DNA of 64,000 nt from Promethearchaeota archaeon (GCA_048938105.1 JBHLMN010000001.1:416001-480000), one strand, 5' to 3'; positions 39,301-48,914 are shown, counted from the stretch's first letter. Numbers and translations: made by a program. Notes: generated by a model not told the origin, from the letters alone.

Positions 39301-40326
39301 GCTTTTTCCCGTTCCAGGATCCCCTACAATGAGAATGTTCGACTCTCCCCTCAATTTCATCCCATCAGGCATCTCTTTTGCCGTTCCACCAAATAATAAT
39401 GATGCAATTGCTTCTTTTACAAGGTCATGTCCATAAATGGACGGAGCTAATGAATCTCGAATTTTCTCAATTACATATGGGGATTTAGAGAGATCGATAA
39501 TTTTTAACTCATCCTCCTCAGAAATCTCGATATCAACATATTCTTCTGTTTCGCGTGAAATCGAAATCCCATGAAAAAATTTCCCATAGGTAGCCAATTG
39601 TCCTCTTTTTAAAAGACGAGATGCTCTTGCTTTAAGAATTCCTACAATTTCCACACGATCTCCAGGTCTAGCGTGATCTACCAGGTCATCAAGTACATGG
39701 ATGGACGTACTTTGGGGTAATTGTCCTGGTGGAAGTTCTTCAGGCTTTTCTTGCAAAGTAATCTTTTGCCAGTCTATGAAATCACTCCTATCTAATTGAA
39801 GCTGTAGGGATCCTTTTCTTTGACAATGTTCATTACGACATTGATACGGGGGTGTATAAATACCCTCAGGAAAATCAACAGTTTGATTTTCACCACACGA
39901 TGCACATTTAAAATGGCCTCGTATTAACAGAGGCTTAGCGTCTGTCACTCCAATGACAATACCCTCAAAACATGTGAGAATTTCTAAATGTTCAGTTTTT
40001 AAAGAACGTAACAGGAGTTTTTCTGAAAGGTCTGTAATTCTAACATGGACTTGCTTTATTCGCTCTATATATTCAGGATTTATTTCAACTAATTTTGAGC
40101 GTAATACCTCCTCACCTGCAGAGATGCTTAGCTCTGGATTTACTAAAGTTTCCTTGGCTAATTTTGGATCTTGAATAAGCAAATCATTATATGAGATATA
40201 TAGACTCCTTGCGCCTATTGTCTCCATTTCGCGGATTTTTTCCTGATAGTGTAATTGGCCATCCTGGTCTGTAAATTCCTCAATGAATGATTCAAATCGG
40301 CCCCTTAAATCAAATGGAAAACCCAT
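36304..40326 (-). CDS. mcm: Replicative helicase MCM containing one intein (mature protein about 690 aa)
   Basis: Zn finger CASC...CRNEHC, GDPGTGKSQ, VDEFDKM, SRFD, ITPRQLE. Confidence 0.97.
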   Translation of the reverse strand: MGFPFDLRGRFESFIEEFTDQDGQLHYQEKIREMETIGARSLYISYNDLLIQDPKLAKETLVNPELSISAGEEVLRSKLVEINPEYIERIKQVHVRITDLSEKLLLRSLKTEHLEILTCFEGIVIGVTDAKPLLIRGHFKCASCGENQTVDFPEGIYTPPYQCRNEHCQRKGSLQLQLDRSDFIDWQKITLQEKPEELPPGQLPQSTSIHVLDDLVDHARPGDRVEIVGILKARASRLLKRGQLATYGKFFHGISISRETEEYVDIEISEEDELKIIDLSKSPYVIEKIRDSLAPSIYGHDLVKEAIASLLFGGTAKEMPDGMKLRGESNILIVGDPGTGKSQILKFVSQLAPRALYTTGKGSTAAGLCVSGDSTIFLTDRVTSISDFVNNEFEKGGVEKYTEEIEYKKITADYRTYHSKNLNITTDPISRVWRIKHPEKLFRISTRTGNEIVLTPETSLLSMSDEGLVWKQAKTIKINERVATSRCLLIKERKEVPSVYELIKDYPNEIILTNVAQIVTKLHNRIKKKTLMTNKDITDQLGVAKDAIYRWKNSERLGNISLKLFEDLCQLAESNVETQLPKIIEVEIKKGQRLKLPKRLDKNWFYILGVIFGDGRVLEDNQEGRYGGVCIGLSNREERILKEFDEFCEKISIKVNKGKESEERPMEYRIWSRILYHIFSKFGLSPSPKSSTLNPTKDLLYYPEGYLHNFLRGLFDSDGWISVREEGSSQIGITSTSKDLIEFIRYALLTLGIITYTRQREPRIVTTKSGRKIISKKVKFELIFNSYSDFKIFEQFIGFRHPKKSEILHNYCLTKKNDHRNIDNVPSARVLLKPIINFYGYTSRELTGYKGAFSRSQLKKAMTRSQLKSILEKIDTNWMRHKVRIPNEMRFLLYKELKTFFNSSQTQIAQDKVYEYFIRKNRNPWIPIGLIAKILNETEIILSNTITRYFNELIWSINQKEEVIKKKYDLLVKLCDSDIMWDEITQVEEIISSKDEFVYDLTIPETHNFIVNGFVTHNTAAVIRDQDTGEITLEAGALVLADQGIAMVDEFDKMRAEDRSAIHEAMEQHTISIAKAGIVATLNARTSILAAANPRRGRWNPFKATADNLNLPPTILSRFDLIFVLEDKPDLKEDHDLATHILQLHKSQTLPTSPPIEQDLLRKYIAYARREIHPRLSDEAEERLLEYYKELRRSSGKVEEGQLEPIAITPRQLESLVRLAEARAKMRLTNEVSYDDASGAVNLMNATLEKLAKDTETGKLDIDKYASDMSARSRRRLDQIDTLIDRMFEEAEDEEPVAIKDIIDKAVEEGISKNQIVKAIDEMTRRGILFEPQPGYVKRP
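37273..39222 (-). mobile_element. Intein (650 aa) with HTH and LAGLIDADG homing endonuclease at STAAGL|TAAV of MCM
   Basis: Begins CVSGDS, ends FIVNGFVTHN before Thr; LGVIFGDG and LRGLFDSDG. Confidence 0.93.
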
Positions 40327-40341
40327 ATATAACCCTTCGAC

Positions 40342-40932
40342 CTATTTTTGAATGAATTCTGCTTTCCAGGTTTGAATCCTATCAACGATTTCTTTGAATA
40401 AGATTTGTTCTGATGATGTCAGGTTTTTTTTCTTCTGAGCAAGAACCTTTCTACTATCGGTCATTTTTACGAGTTTTGAGATTCTTTCGTGAGTCAATTG
40501 ATTATACTTGGTCTTTTGTCTTTTCTGCTCCAATTCACTAAATTGCGAATCTTTATCTTCCATAGAAAAAACGAAATCCTGCAATAAAAGATGGAAATAG
40601 GGGTGAATAGGTTGTAATTCACCCGCACGAACTTCTTTACGGACTGCTCCTTCTAAATCCTGCAAAGTGACGGGAAAATTCATCCTAAAATCTTCAATCA
40701 TTGATCTTTTCCGCAATATTTCTGCAATGAAATAAGGAATATCAATTTGGGTTCCTTTAGGGGAAGGTGGAATATTTATGTTTTCAAATGAAAAACCAGA
40801 AAAGTCCTGAAGAAATTTCACGGATACATTGCTTTCTGTTAGCTCAAATCGTACTCTATCTAGCTCACTTGCCATTTCTAGTTGTTTAAAACCCATATCT
40901 GTTAATTCAGGTGCCTTTGACAAAATTATCAC
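40342..40932 (-). CDS. GINS subunit, Gins23/Psf2-like (B-A domain order)
   Basis: VKFLQD...GTQIDIPYFIAEIL B-domain; ELQPIHPYF, RISKLVK, NLTSSEQ; directly upstream of mcm. Confidence 0.75.
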   Translation of the reverse strand: MIILSKAPELTDMGFKQLEMASELDRVRFELTESNVSVKFLQDFSGFSFENINIPPSPKGTQIDIPYFIAEILRKRSMIEDFRMNFPVTLQDLEGAVRKEVRAGELQPIHPYFHLLLQDFVFSMEDKDSQFSELEQKRQKTKYNQLTHERISKLVKMTDSRKVLAQKKKNLTSSEQILFKEIVDRIQTWKAEFIQK

Positions 40933-41357
40933 TTCAAATACCTGTTAAAGAGCAATAATCCCTTTGGTATTCAATATACTTATTTTCATTTCAGATGATC
41001 TAGTTTTTTATAGCTTATTTTAATGAAAAACCTGGTTGTAATTTGCCTCTTAAACTCTATGTTTTCTTATAAGCCTTATTCTAAGTATAATCTTGGAATT
41101 TTTAACAAGTATGTATCTTTGTACCTAGGTTAAAAGCTCTTTCTCCCCTAATTAAAAAGAAATGATCTCCCTAGACTGTACAATATCTCATGTAATGGTT
41201 ATAATGAACGGAAACAACACCCTTTTCGATCGAGATTTTCCATTTTCCTTTCAATGTGTTAATAAATCAGCTATAATTTTCATTTTGCTTATTTATTTGA
41301 ATATTTTCGGCATTAGGTTCAATGAATTATATGATCAAACCTCAGTAGGGGATTTAA

Positions 41358-42578
41358 TCATGATTTTTGGAACCTCTTTGAGAGAAATACCTCAATACGT
41401 TCGATTAGTACTGCTGCTGGTACATCATGAATTGTTAAGCGTGCACGAACCCCTTTCCGACCCTTTACCCCCTTCGTCACCTTTCCTAATATCCCAATAG
41501 CTTCCAACGTTGACAGGTAATTTCGGAATGCAGCTTCAGCATTTGGTCGCAAACCCCATTCCTCACAAATTATCCTGTAGTTTTTAAATGAGTGTTCTAT
41601 AGTAGTAGCAGTAATTCCTTTATGGTGCAATCGTCTTGCAATACTCAGAGCAGCAAATAATTCATGGGTTTTTAACTCTTCTAGGATATCCGCACGTAAT
41701 TCAGGAAAGACATCATTCTTAGCTCTTCGAATCAGCTCTGGTGTAAGCTCATCTAATCTCTGTTGATCTGCTGCACGACCTGTTCGGTATAAAATCTCGA
41801 TTCCATGACGTAAATTTTTTGTTTGGTCAGATATTTCTGCGACCATTTCAAGAATGTCTTCTGAAAGGGCTGTTGTTTTGAAAGCTAAATGTGCTCTGTA
41901 GTCAAGTATTTTTCTAGTCTCTTCCAAAGTATATGGTTGAAATTGTATTACATCAGCAATTCTTTGGGAGACCATTGAGGAAAGTGTTACTTTCCACTCA
42001 GTAGGGCGACTAATCATTATTATTGAAATACGGTGTTCAGCTCCGAACTCTTCAGGAAGGTGAATAAACCCACGGATATCTTTCTGAGGTAATACACTCA
42101 CCTCATCTAGTATTAATATTAAATAAGCCTGTTCAGAATTCAAACGACGAATTAAAATATCAGTAGACTCCTCATCACTAAAACCTCGACTTGCTACTCC
42201 GAATTGATCTCGCAGAAAACTGCGGAGAATTGAGGTTTTAGTACGTGTTGTCCAACAATTCTTATAATCAGTATAGAGCTTAATATGATGGCGTTCAGCC
42301 ATAACTTGCAAATGATCAACTGTGTATCTTGCAGTCACTGTTTTACCAACACCAGCAGGCCCAGTAAGAGCAATATTAGTTGAAAAACCTTCGATTCCTC
42401 TATTTTCTGATAAAAATAAGGGTCGAAAGTTTTGACTAATTCTTCGTATATTATCTTCTCGAAATTTCAGTTCATTGGGAATATAGGCCTGGTTGAGAGT
42501 TTTCTCTCCTCCTTCTTTAAAGATAGATGATGAAAACACTGCATCACGAATTATATCAACTGATTTCTTATTATTCAT
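41358..42578 (-). CDS. cdc6: Orc1/Cdc6 replication initiator
   Basis: YIP..L.FRE, GPAGVGKT, NCW, LILDE, FQPY, C-terminal winged helix. Confidence 0.93.
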   Translation of the reverse strand: MNNKKSVDIIRDAVFSSSIFKEGGEKTLNQAYIPNELKFREDNIRRISQNFRPLFLSENRGIEGFSTNIALTGPAGVGKTVTARYTVDHLQVMAERHHIKLYTDYKNCWTTRTKTSILRSFLRDQFGVASRGFSDEESTDILIRRLNSEQAYLILILDEVSVLPQKDIRGFIHLPEEFGAEHRISIIMISRPTEWKVTLSSMVSQRIADVIQFQPYTLEETRKILDYRAHLAFKTTALSEDILEMVAEISDQTKNLRHGIEILYRTGRAADQQRLDELTPELIRRAKNDVFPELRADILEELKTHELFAALSIARRLHHKGITATTIEHSFKNYRIICEEWGLRPNAEAAFRNYLSTLEAIGILGKVTKGVKGRKGVRARLTIHDVPAAVLIERIEVFLSKRFQKS

Positions 42579-42860
42579 GCTTTAGGAAGGCCTCCTCCTA
42601 TTTTATGGAGTTTAGAGATGAAATTAGCATTATGAAGGTGGCATTGATTGTTTTTCAGGAGATCTTTCTTCTTTAAATATGCCTTGTTACTATTTCTTAC
42701 TTATTATTATAAAGGAACAATAGAATTAATATGGACCTAAAGTACTCCTATATGCAATTGTTCCACTATAAATTCTCTGAATGATGAACCTTAGCTCGTA
42801 AATTAGAAAAAAGTAGTATATGAAGAGAATAATTTCATCACAACAGCCAATTGAACTGAA

Positions 42861-44060
42861 CTAAGTCTGAAAAAAAGTTTCACAGGCTTTCCAGTCAGGA
42901 ATAGGTTTTAATAATGATTTTAAGTAGTTTAATGATTGTTCAGTAGCTTCTATTATCTCCTCTTCAATGAATGGATACCCATCAAGCTTCTTCCAATCAA
43001 GGGGTGGATCTTTTAATTGAGGACAAACTTTTATGCCGTAATTTTGTAAACAAAAGTCTATCCAGTTGGAAGGAGAGGCTTTTGGTATCGATATTCCTGT
43101 GATACCAACCAAACTTGCCAACCAAACACGAGCAACAGAATCAGGGGTATAACCACCTCCACCCAATAGTAATAATCTACCCTGAGAACTACATTTTCGA
43201 CTTAATTCAGCTATTCGATTACCAAGGTAGGAATACAATCCAGTTGTTAAAGCAAGATGGCCTAAAATGTCATGATAATGGCCATCAGCGCCACACTGCC
43301 AAATAACGAACTCAGGATCGTATTCTTCCCATATACATGGTATGATGTTCTCAAAAGCCATTATATACAGATCATTCCATGTTCCAGGGAAAAGTGGGAT
43401 GTTTATTGTATAACCCAACCCTGGTCCCTTTCCAATTTCGTCTGTGAATCCAGTACCAGGAAAAAGGAACCTTGGAGACTCATGTAATGAAACTCCTAGG
43501 ACGTTTTTATCCTCATAAAATGCCTGTAAAACACCATCTCCATGGTGTACATCTGTATCAATATAAAGAACTCGCTCAATTCCGTATTTTTGTTGAAGAT
43601 ATTTGATAGATATGACTACATCATTATAGTAACAAAATCCTGTGGCTTTCTCTGCAAACGCATGATGCAAGCCTCCGAGAAGTGCAAAAGCTTGCTGCAC
43701 TTCACCACTTTGAATTCGTTTAATACCCTCAAGTGCACCGCCAACAACTAAACTAGAAGCTTCATGCATTTCAGAGAAGACAGGACAATCTCCTGTTCCT
43801 AATCCTAATTCCAACTGAGCCCCTTCCCCAGTTTTTGATAATGTCTTCATTGCATTTAAATAGTTAAGAGAATGAAAAAGAAGGATCTCCGAATCTGTTG
43901 CAGGAGAAGGAGTAAAGAACTGAAAATCAGGTAGATTAAATAAATTTAAACTTTTGAATAGCTGATAAGGGATAAGCAAACGTTTAGGATTCATTGGGTG
44001 CCCTTCCCCTAAATTATACTTTAAATAACGATCTGACCAAATAATCCCTGTTTTTATCAA
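42861..44060 (-). CDS. Histone deacetylase family protein (class I/AcuC-like)
   Basis: GEGHPMNPKR, GDCP, GGLHHA, GFCYYND, DVHHGDG, GGGGY. Confidence 0.92.
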   Translation of the reverse strand: MIKTGIIWSDRYLKYNLGEGHPMNPKRLLIPYQLFKSLNLFNLPDFQFFTPSPATDSEILLFHSLNYLNAMKTLSKTGEGAQLELGLGTGDCPVFSEMHEASSLVVGGALEGIKRIQSGEVQQAFALLGGLHHAFAEKATGFCYYNDVVISIKYLQQKYGIERVLYIDTDVHHGDGVLQAFYEDKNVLGVSLHESPRFLFPGTGFTDEIGKGPGLGYTINIPLFPGTWNDLYIMAFENIIPCIWEEYDPEFVIWQCGADGHYHDILGHLALTTGLYSYLGNRIAELSRKCSSQGRLLLLGGGGYTPDSVARVWLASLVGITGISIPKASPSNWIDFCLQNYGIKVCPQLKDPPLDWKKLDGYPFIEEEIIEATEQSLNYLKSLLKPIPDWKACETFFQT

Positions 44061-44214
44061 GCTCTTGTCTCACCTTGACAACATTGGTTTCCATCTAACC
44101 ATGAGTCCCTGTTCCTAACAGACCTATAGAGTAACTTAAAATCCGCTTCATTACGTTAACTTCAAATTCTCTAGGAAATCGTTAATTTTTTAAATTACCG
44201 GTATTATTGTAAAA

Positions 44215-44859
44215 ATGTTATGGTCTTTTCTTAAAAACTATCAAACGGAAATTGAAAGAATGTCGAAAAAAAATGCGAAAATTAGCGTTCTAGGATTGGA
44301 TAGAGCTGGAAAAACTACCATGCTCCAAAGACTGAAGACAGGTCGCTGGATACCCGATACAACCCCCACTATTGGTATGAACGCCGAGACAATTCAAATA
44401 GGTGACGTTACTTTCTCAGCATGGGATCTTGGTGGACAGCTACAGTTTAGAAGAGCCCTTTGGGAAATGTATACAAAGAATTCTGCTGGTTTGATTTATG
44501 TGGTCGATGTAAGTGATCCATCACGTTATCCAGAGGCTAGAAGCAATCTGTGGCGAATGTTAAAAATGAACCATTTGAAGGATATCCCATTGGCTATCTT
44601 TGCAAATAAAGTTGATCTTCTCGAAAATAACAAAACAGAGCTTAATGAGGAAGATTTAGCTAATTTCATGGGTATCAATAAGAAAATGAGTCGAGTGTTG
44701 AATATATTCAGGACAAGTGCGAAAACTGGCGAGGGAATACATAAAGGAATTTATTGGTTAGCTGATGCTATTCAGGAAGGAAGACAGGTATCAATGGATA
44801 TGTACCAGATCAAGTCCCTGTTTGGACGACCCTCAACTATTCTAAGCATTACTAGTTAA
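44215..44859 (+). CDS. Arf-family small GTPase
   Basis: GLDRAGKTT, PTIGMN, WDLGGQ, W..Y, ANKVD, TSAKTG. Confidence 0.92.
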   Translation: MLWSFLKNYQTEIERMSKKNAKISVLGLDRAGKTTMLQRLKTGRWIPDTTPTIGMNAETIQIGDVTFSAWDLGGQLQFRRALWEMYTKNSAGLIYVVDVSDPSRYPEARSNLWRMLKMNHLKDIPLAIFANKVDLLENNKTELNEEDLANFMGINKKMSRVLNIFRTSAKTGEGIHKGIYWLADAIQEGRQVSMDMYQIKSLFGRPSTILSITS

Positions 44860-44866
44860 ATTAAAA

Positions 44867-45568
44867 TTAACTTTGTTCTATATTCATCTCAGATTGGCGC
44901 AAAGCACGACGAATGAGATCCGTATCTTCCTTGTACAAATGGTTAATGTCTTTTAAAAGCCATTTCTCGGCCTGCACTAGAAATGAAAGATCTTTTAGCA
45001 GATTTCCCTTAAGTAACAATTTTGCTCCTTGATAGAAATAGCTATTAACAATTGAGGGAGGGATTTTTGATGCCAATTCAGCCATTAAATGGGCAGCTGC
45101 AAATACATCCTTCGCTAAAAACATACTGAGAATCGCACAAGAATAATTCATTGCAGCATTTTCATAAAACTTTAGTTCTAGATGTTTCTTTCCTGCTGCT
45201 AAATAGGCATCTTTAGCAGCTAAAAAGCGAGGCCTTTCTACCTCATCTATAGTCAAAGCTGGCCGTATTTCCTTCGGAATATTCCTAAGAAAGGATCCAA
45301 AGTCTTCCTGACGTAGTTCATTTAGAATATCACTTGTTATATTATCTTGGATGATAACGGAATCTTGATCACTAATAGATGGTTTCGTTGTAGATTCAGG
45401 AAAAGGAGGACGTGCTATAATGTCTAGAGGTTGCGTAGGGGAAGGGGGCAGATCAGATGGAGCGTAAAGAGATGAATATTCATGATCTAACAACGATGGA
45501 GGCTTTGGAAGGTCTTTAACGTCAGAACTTGAACCTTTTCTTTTGATAGACCGCTTGAGCGGTGACAT
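44867..45568 (-). CDS. Hypothetical protein: Pro/Ser-rich disordered N-terminus plus TPR/SNAP-like helical domain
   Basis: AKDAYLAAG...AAMNYSCAILSMFLAKDVFAA helical-repeat pattern. Confidence 0.55.
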   Translation of the reverse strand: MSPLKRSIKRKGSSSDVKDLPKPPSLLDHEYSSLYAPSDLPPSPTQPLDIIARPPFPESTTKPSISDQDSVIIQDNITSDILNELRQEDFGSFLRNIPKEIRPALTIDEVERPRFLAAKDAYLAAGKKHLELKFYENAAMNYSCAILSMFLAKDVFAAAHLMAELASKIPPSIVNSYFYQGAKLLLKGNLLKDLSFLVQAEKWLLKDINHLYKEDTDLIRRALRQSEMNIEQS

Positions 45569-45697
45569 AAGGTTTCCCTTTTAGAATAATTTCCTCGACT
45601 TATCAAGGGATTTCCAAAGCAAAGTCGTATAAAAATACTTGCTAGTTTTTCAATGAATAAATACCTTACCCTAAAGATCCTTAATAGTTGGAGTCTC

Positions 45698-46279
45698 ATG
45701 GAAATCGAAATGAAAATACCTCTTAAGCCAAAATATTCCATTGACAAGATAGTAACACTCCTTTCAAAGAAATTTGGCGCTCATTCCGAGGAGATCACTC
45801 AAATTGATACATATTTTACAAGCCCAAACCATAATTTTATGAAATCTGATGAGGCGCTTCGATTACGCCAGATTTTGACTGAATCAGGAGAAGAAAAGAT
45901 TGAAATTACCTATAAAGGCCCAAAGCAAGGTAAAACAATGAAAATCCGGGATGAAATTACTATCGAAGTTTCAAATATCATTAATGCAAAAAGAATTCTA
46001 CTAAACTTAGGATTTCAGATATTTACTAAAATTAAGAAGAAGAGAATGAATTGGATACAAAATAATATTATAATTTCATTTGATAGAGTAGAAGGCTTGG
46101 GACTATTTCTTGAAATTGAGACTATAACAACTTCAGAACACTCGGAGGAAATTACCAAAAGGAAAGACAAAATCATTCACATTGTAAGAGAAGTTCTTCC
46201 CAATTGGTCTGGAGAAGATGAAAGAAGATCGTACCTAGAATTACTAATAGAAAAACAGCTTAAACCAAAAGGAATCTGA
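45698..46279 (+). CDS. cyaB: CYTH-family protein (class IV adenylate cyclase / triphosphate tunnel enzyme)
   Basis: EIEMK, QIDTYF, ALRLR, TYKG, KKR, D.VEGLG.FLEIE. Confidence 0.88.
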   Translation: MEIEMKIPLKPKYSIDKIVTLLSKKFGAHSEEITQIDTYFTSPNHNFMKSDEALRLRQILTESGEEKIEITYKGPKQGKTMKIRDEITIEVSNIINAKRILLNLGFQIFTKIKKKRMNWIQNNIIISFDRVEGLGLFLEIETITTSEHSEEITKRKDKIIHIVREVLPNWSGEDERRSYLELLIEKQLKPKGI

Positions 46280-47215
46280 GTGATGAGTCAAAATAAAATT
46301 CCAAAGGAATTTGCTGAAAGGTGGAAGTCATTCTACGGAGAGTTTCAGACTGAATCTATTATACGCAATCTTAGACAAGATGATCCACGTATAATTGTAC
46401 CAAATCTGCTTAAAACTGATATTCCCACTTTAATATTTCAGTTAGAAAGAAAAGGTTTCAAATTTAAAAAGATAAATGAATTTAATGGATTGATTGTGAC
46501 AATTGAACCGTTTAATATCGTTTCAACACCTGAATACTTATCAGGTATGTTTTCTATACAAGCACTCTCATCTTTAATCCCACCATTAAGCTTGCAACCC
46601 TCACCCCACAGTATTGTTGCTGATTTAACTGCTTCTCCAGGAATAAAAACTAGTTTTTTAGCTCAACAAATGAATAACCAAGGAACTATAATTGCTATCG
46701 AAAAATCTAGCAAGCGGATACCAGCATTAAAAGCAAATCTGATAAGAATGGGAGTTTTAAACACAATAATCCTGAACTTTGATTCTGTTTTGTTCCCTAA
46801 GCTAAACATTCAAGTAGATCATATCCTTCTTGACGCCCCCTGCACAGGAACAGGACTTAAACTTGCTAAAACCAAACGCTTGAGACCAAGAATGCTTAAT
46901 GATATTTTTCGCCTTGCAAAACAACAAGAAGCTCTAATAGAAAAGGCTTGGGAACAATTGAAACCAAATGGAACTCTTATTTATTCCACCTGTAGCCTAG
47001 AACCTGAAGAGGGGGAAGTGCAGATTGATAACTTCCTTGAACATCATGAAAACGAAGTTGTTCTTCTTCCTATACCTTTTGATATTGGCTCTCCTGGTAG
47101 GAATACCAACTGGAAAACCCCGCTCAATACTCAATTAGTGAAAACTAAACGTATATTCCCGAAACCAGGTTATGATGGCTTTTTCACTGCTATTTTAAAA
47201 AAAGTGATTAACTGA
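46280..47215 (+). CDS. NOL1/NOP2/Sun family RNA m5C methyltransferase
   Basis: DLTASPGIKT, ILLDAPCTGTG, YSTCS, DGFF. Confidence 0.92.
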   Translation: MMSQNKIPKEFAERWKSFYGEFQTESIIRNLRQDDPRIIVPNLLKTDIPTLIFQLERKGFKFKKINEFNGLIVTIEPFNIVSTPEYLSGMFSIQALSSLIPPLSLQPSPHSIVADLTASPGIKTSFLAQQMNNQGTIIAIEKSSKRIPALKANLIRMGVLNTIILNFDSVLFPKLNIQVDHILLDAPCTGTGLKLAKTKRLRPRMLNDIFRLAKQQEALIEKAWEQLKPNGTLIYSTCSLEPEEGEVQIDNFLEHHENEVVLLPIPFDIGSPGRNTNWKTPLNTQLVKTKRIFPKPGYDGFFTAILKKVIN

Positions 47216-47760
47216 TGTTCTTCAAACCATTAACAATAGATGAAACAAACCAGGTTGAAACAACAATCAACCAACTACTTGACTCTGATGCTATGACCAT
47301 TATTCTCAAAAGAAAAGAACTTATCAAAATAAAGGGGGACAGAAATGATGTTTATTTAGTTTCAAAAGAAGATATTCATTTATTTGAACGGCTTTCCTCA
47401 AAACTCCCAAAAAAGGATTTGAATATTGTACATGCACGGATCAAATTAGGTTTCTTTATTCATGAGAAATTCCTTATTGGAATCGAATCTTTGTCTTTTT
47501 TATCCCCATTAACACATAGAAGAATTTCTTTGGACACAAAAAGCACACAAAAGTTTATATATGGTAATGATATTGTCATTAACACTGTTTCATTAAAGAA
47601 GCAGATAAAACACCTTGAAGAGAACACTACTATCATAGTATTTTCGGATACCAACATTCCAATCGGATATGCAAAGATTCTTTCAAAAGAGAAGAAACCA
47701 TGGTTACAGAATTTAGTAGATATCGGTATTTTCTTACGTTCAGAAAAAAGTGCTTTCTAA
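47215..47760 (+). CDS. nip7: Nip7-like PUA-domain ribosome biogenesis protein
   Basis: FIYGNDI, IGY, NLVDIGIFLRSE; translationally coupled to the Nop2-like gene. Confidence 0.75.
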   Translation: MFFKPLTIDETNQVETTINQLLDSDAMTIILKRKELIKIKGDRNDVYLVSKEDIHLFERLSSKLPKKDLNIVHARIKLGFFIHEKFLIGIESLSFLSPLTHRRISLDTKSTQKFIYGNDIVINTVSLKKQIKHLEENTTIIVFSDTNIPIGYAKILSKEKKPWLQNLVDIGIFLRSEKSAF

Positions 47761-47798
47761 TAAATGCACTAAAATTCATCATCATTTGTGAAAAAGAC

Positions 47799-47854
47799 CA
47801 TAATCTTGGACTGAGGATTCATAACATTGGACTGGGGGAACATAAGTTTGGACT
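47799..47854. repeat. Three tandem 21-bp-period repeats, consensus CATAAnnTTGGACT
   Basis: cataatcttggact (47799), cataacattggact (47820), cataagtttggact (47841). Confidence 0.8.
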
Positions 47855-48017
47855 AGACTTCCTAGAAAAGGGATTGTTAAACATAACTTGAGAATAATAG
47901 AATAAGAATGTTAAATCCTAAAATCGAAAAGGCTCGCAAAGAGATTAATGATATAATGATGTATCCAAAGCGTACCTGCTATTCATAAAAATTAATCCAT
48001 ATTAGGAGTAACTTAAA

Positions 48018-48914
48018 TTACAATCTTTTTTGCTTATTTTCTTTATTTTGCCAGGCAAGGTAAGCATATAATGTTGCCCATTTACTAGGTTTCCCTACCC
48101 TTTCTTTTGCCAAATATGATTTATTTAGAGTTCCCTCCAATAAAATTCTACCTTGTTGATCCCTCTTTTTATCCAAAAGATCCCAGGCTTCCTGAAATTC
48201 AGATGCATGCCCATACCCCAATATTGCAAGTGCATCAAGCAGTACCGGCAATCCGATACGCATGAATTCAATTGGAAAAAACACATCAGTCATTCTTCGA
48301 CCGGGACGGCAATTGAGTACCAATTGAGTAGGATTATCAGTTCGATAAAAAAGTCGACGTTTAAGAAAATAATTTACTAATTGTTCACTCCTAATAAAAT
48401 TGAACCCCTGTTTTTTTAGTTCACCAATAAGCAATAGACCATGCATAGCGACTTTTATGCAGCTTTTTGGTATTCTTTTCAGCTTTCTGACACGATGAAG
48501 GCAAAGCCACCCGCCATCAGGTAATTGAGTATCTACTACTTGAGTAAGACGTTTCTGAACTCGTAAATCATTTCCATAACCCAACATTATCAGGGCACGT
48601 AGAGTCATCAGATCCCCACAACCAGCATCAAATGGTTGTAAGAGTAGCTTGTCGACTACTGATTCTATTGGAACATCCTGATGTGATAATCCCGATTCAG
48701 CTAATGCGGTTAAATTATATACGAGTACCTGCCCCTTCAGTGGCATCCAAGACAAATCATATGCTGGTTTAAGAGTCTGGATCACGATGTGTCGTGCAGC
48801 CTTTACCTTCTCATGATTTTCTGGAAGACCGCACAATCCAGTTAATGTACGCATACGTACTGCGGGATTATTTTCCTCCAATAACCAACTTGTTATTTCA
48901 GGAGTAATTCTCAT
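48018..48914 (-). CDS. Prenyltransferase/terpene-cyclase-like alpha-alpha barrel hypothetical protein
   Basis: WLLEENNPAVR, QLPDGGWLC, GKPSKWATL. Confidence 0.65.
   Translation of the reverse strand: MRITPEITSWLLEENNPAVRMRTLTGLCGLPENHEKVKAARHIVIQTLKPAYDLSWMPLKGQVLVYNLTALAESGLSHQDVPIESVVDKLLLQPFDAGCGDLMTLRALIMLGYGNDLRVQKRLTQVVDTQLPDGGWLCLHRVRKLKRIPKSCIKVAMHGLLLIGELKKQGFNFIRSEQLVNYFLKRRLFYRTDNPTQLVLNCRPGRRMTDVFFPIEFMRIGLPVLLDALAILGYGHASEFQEAWDLLDKKRDQQGRILLEGTLNKSYLAKERVGKPSKWATLYAYLAWQNKENKQKRL

Noticed and set aside
41162-41500. 112-aa plus-strand ORF
   Set aside because: Overlaps the cdc6 3' end in antisense and has no recognisable motif
47799-47854. CRISPR mini-array
   Set aside because: Repeats of 14 nt with 7-nt spacers are far too short, and there are no cas genes in the window
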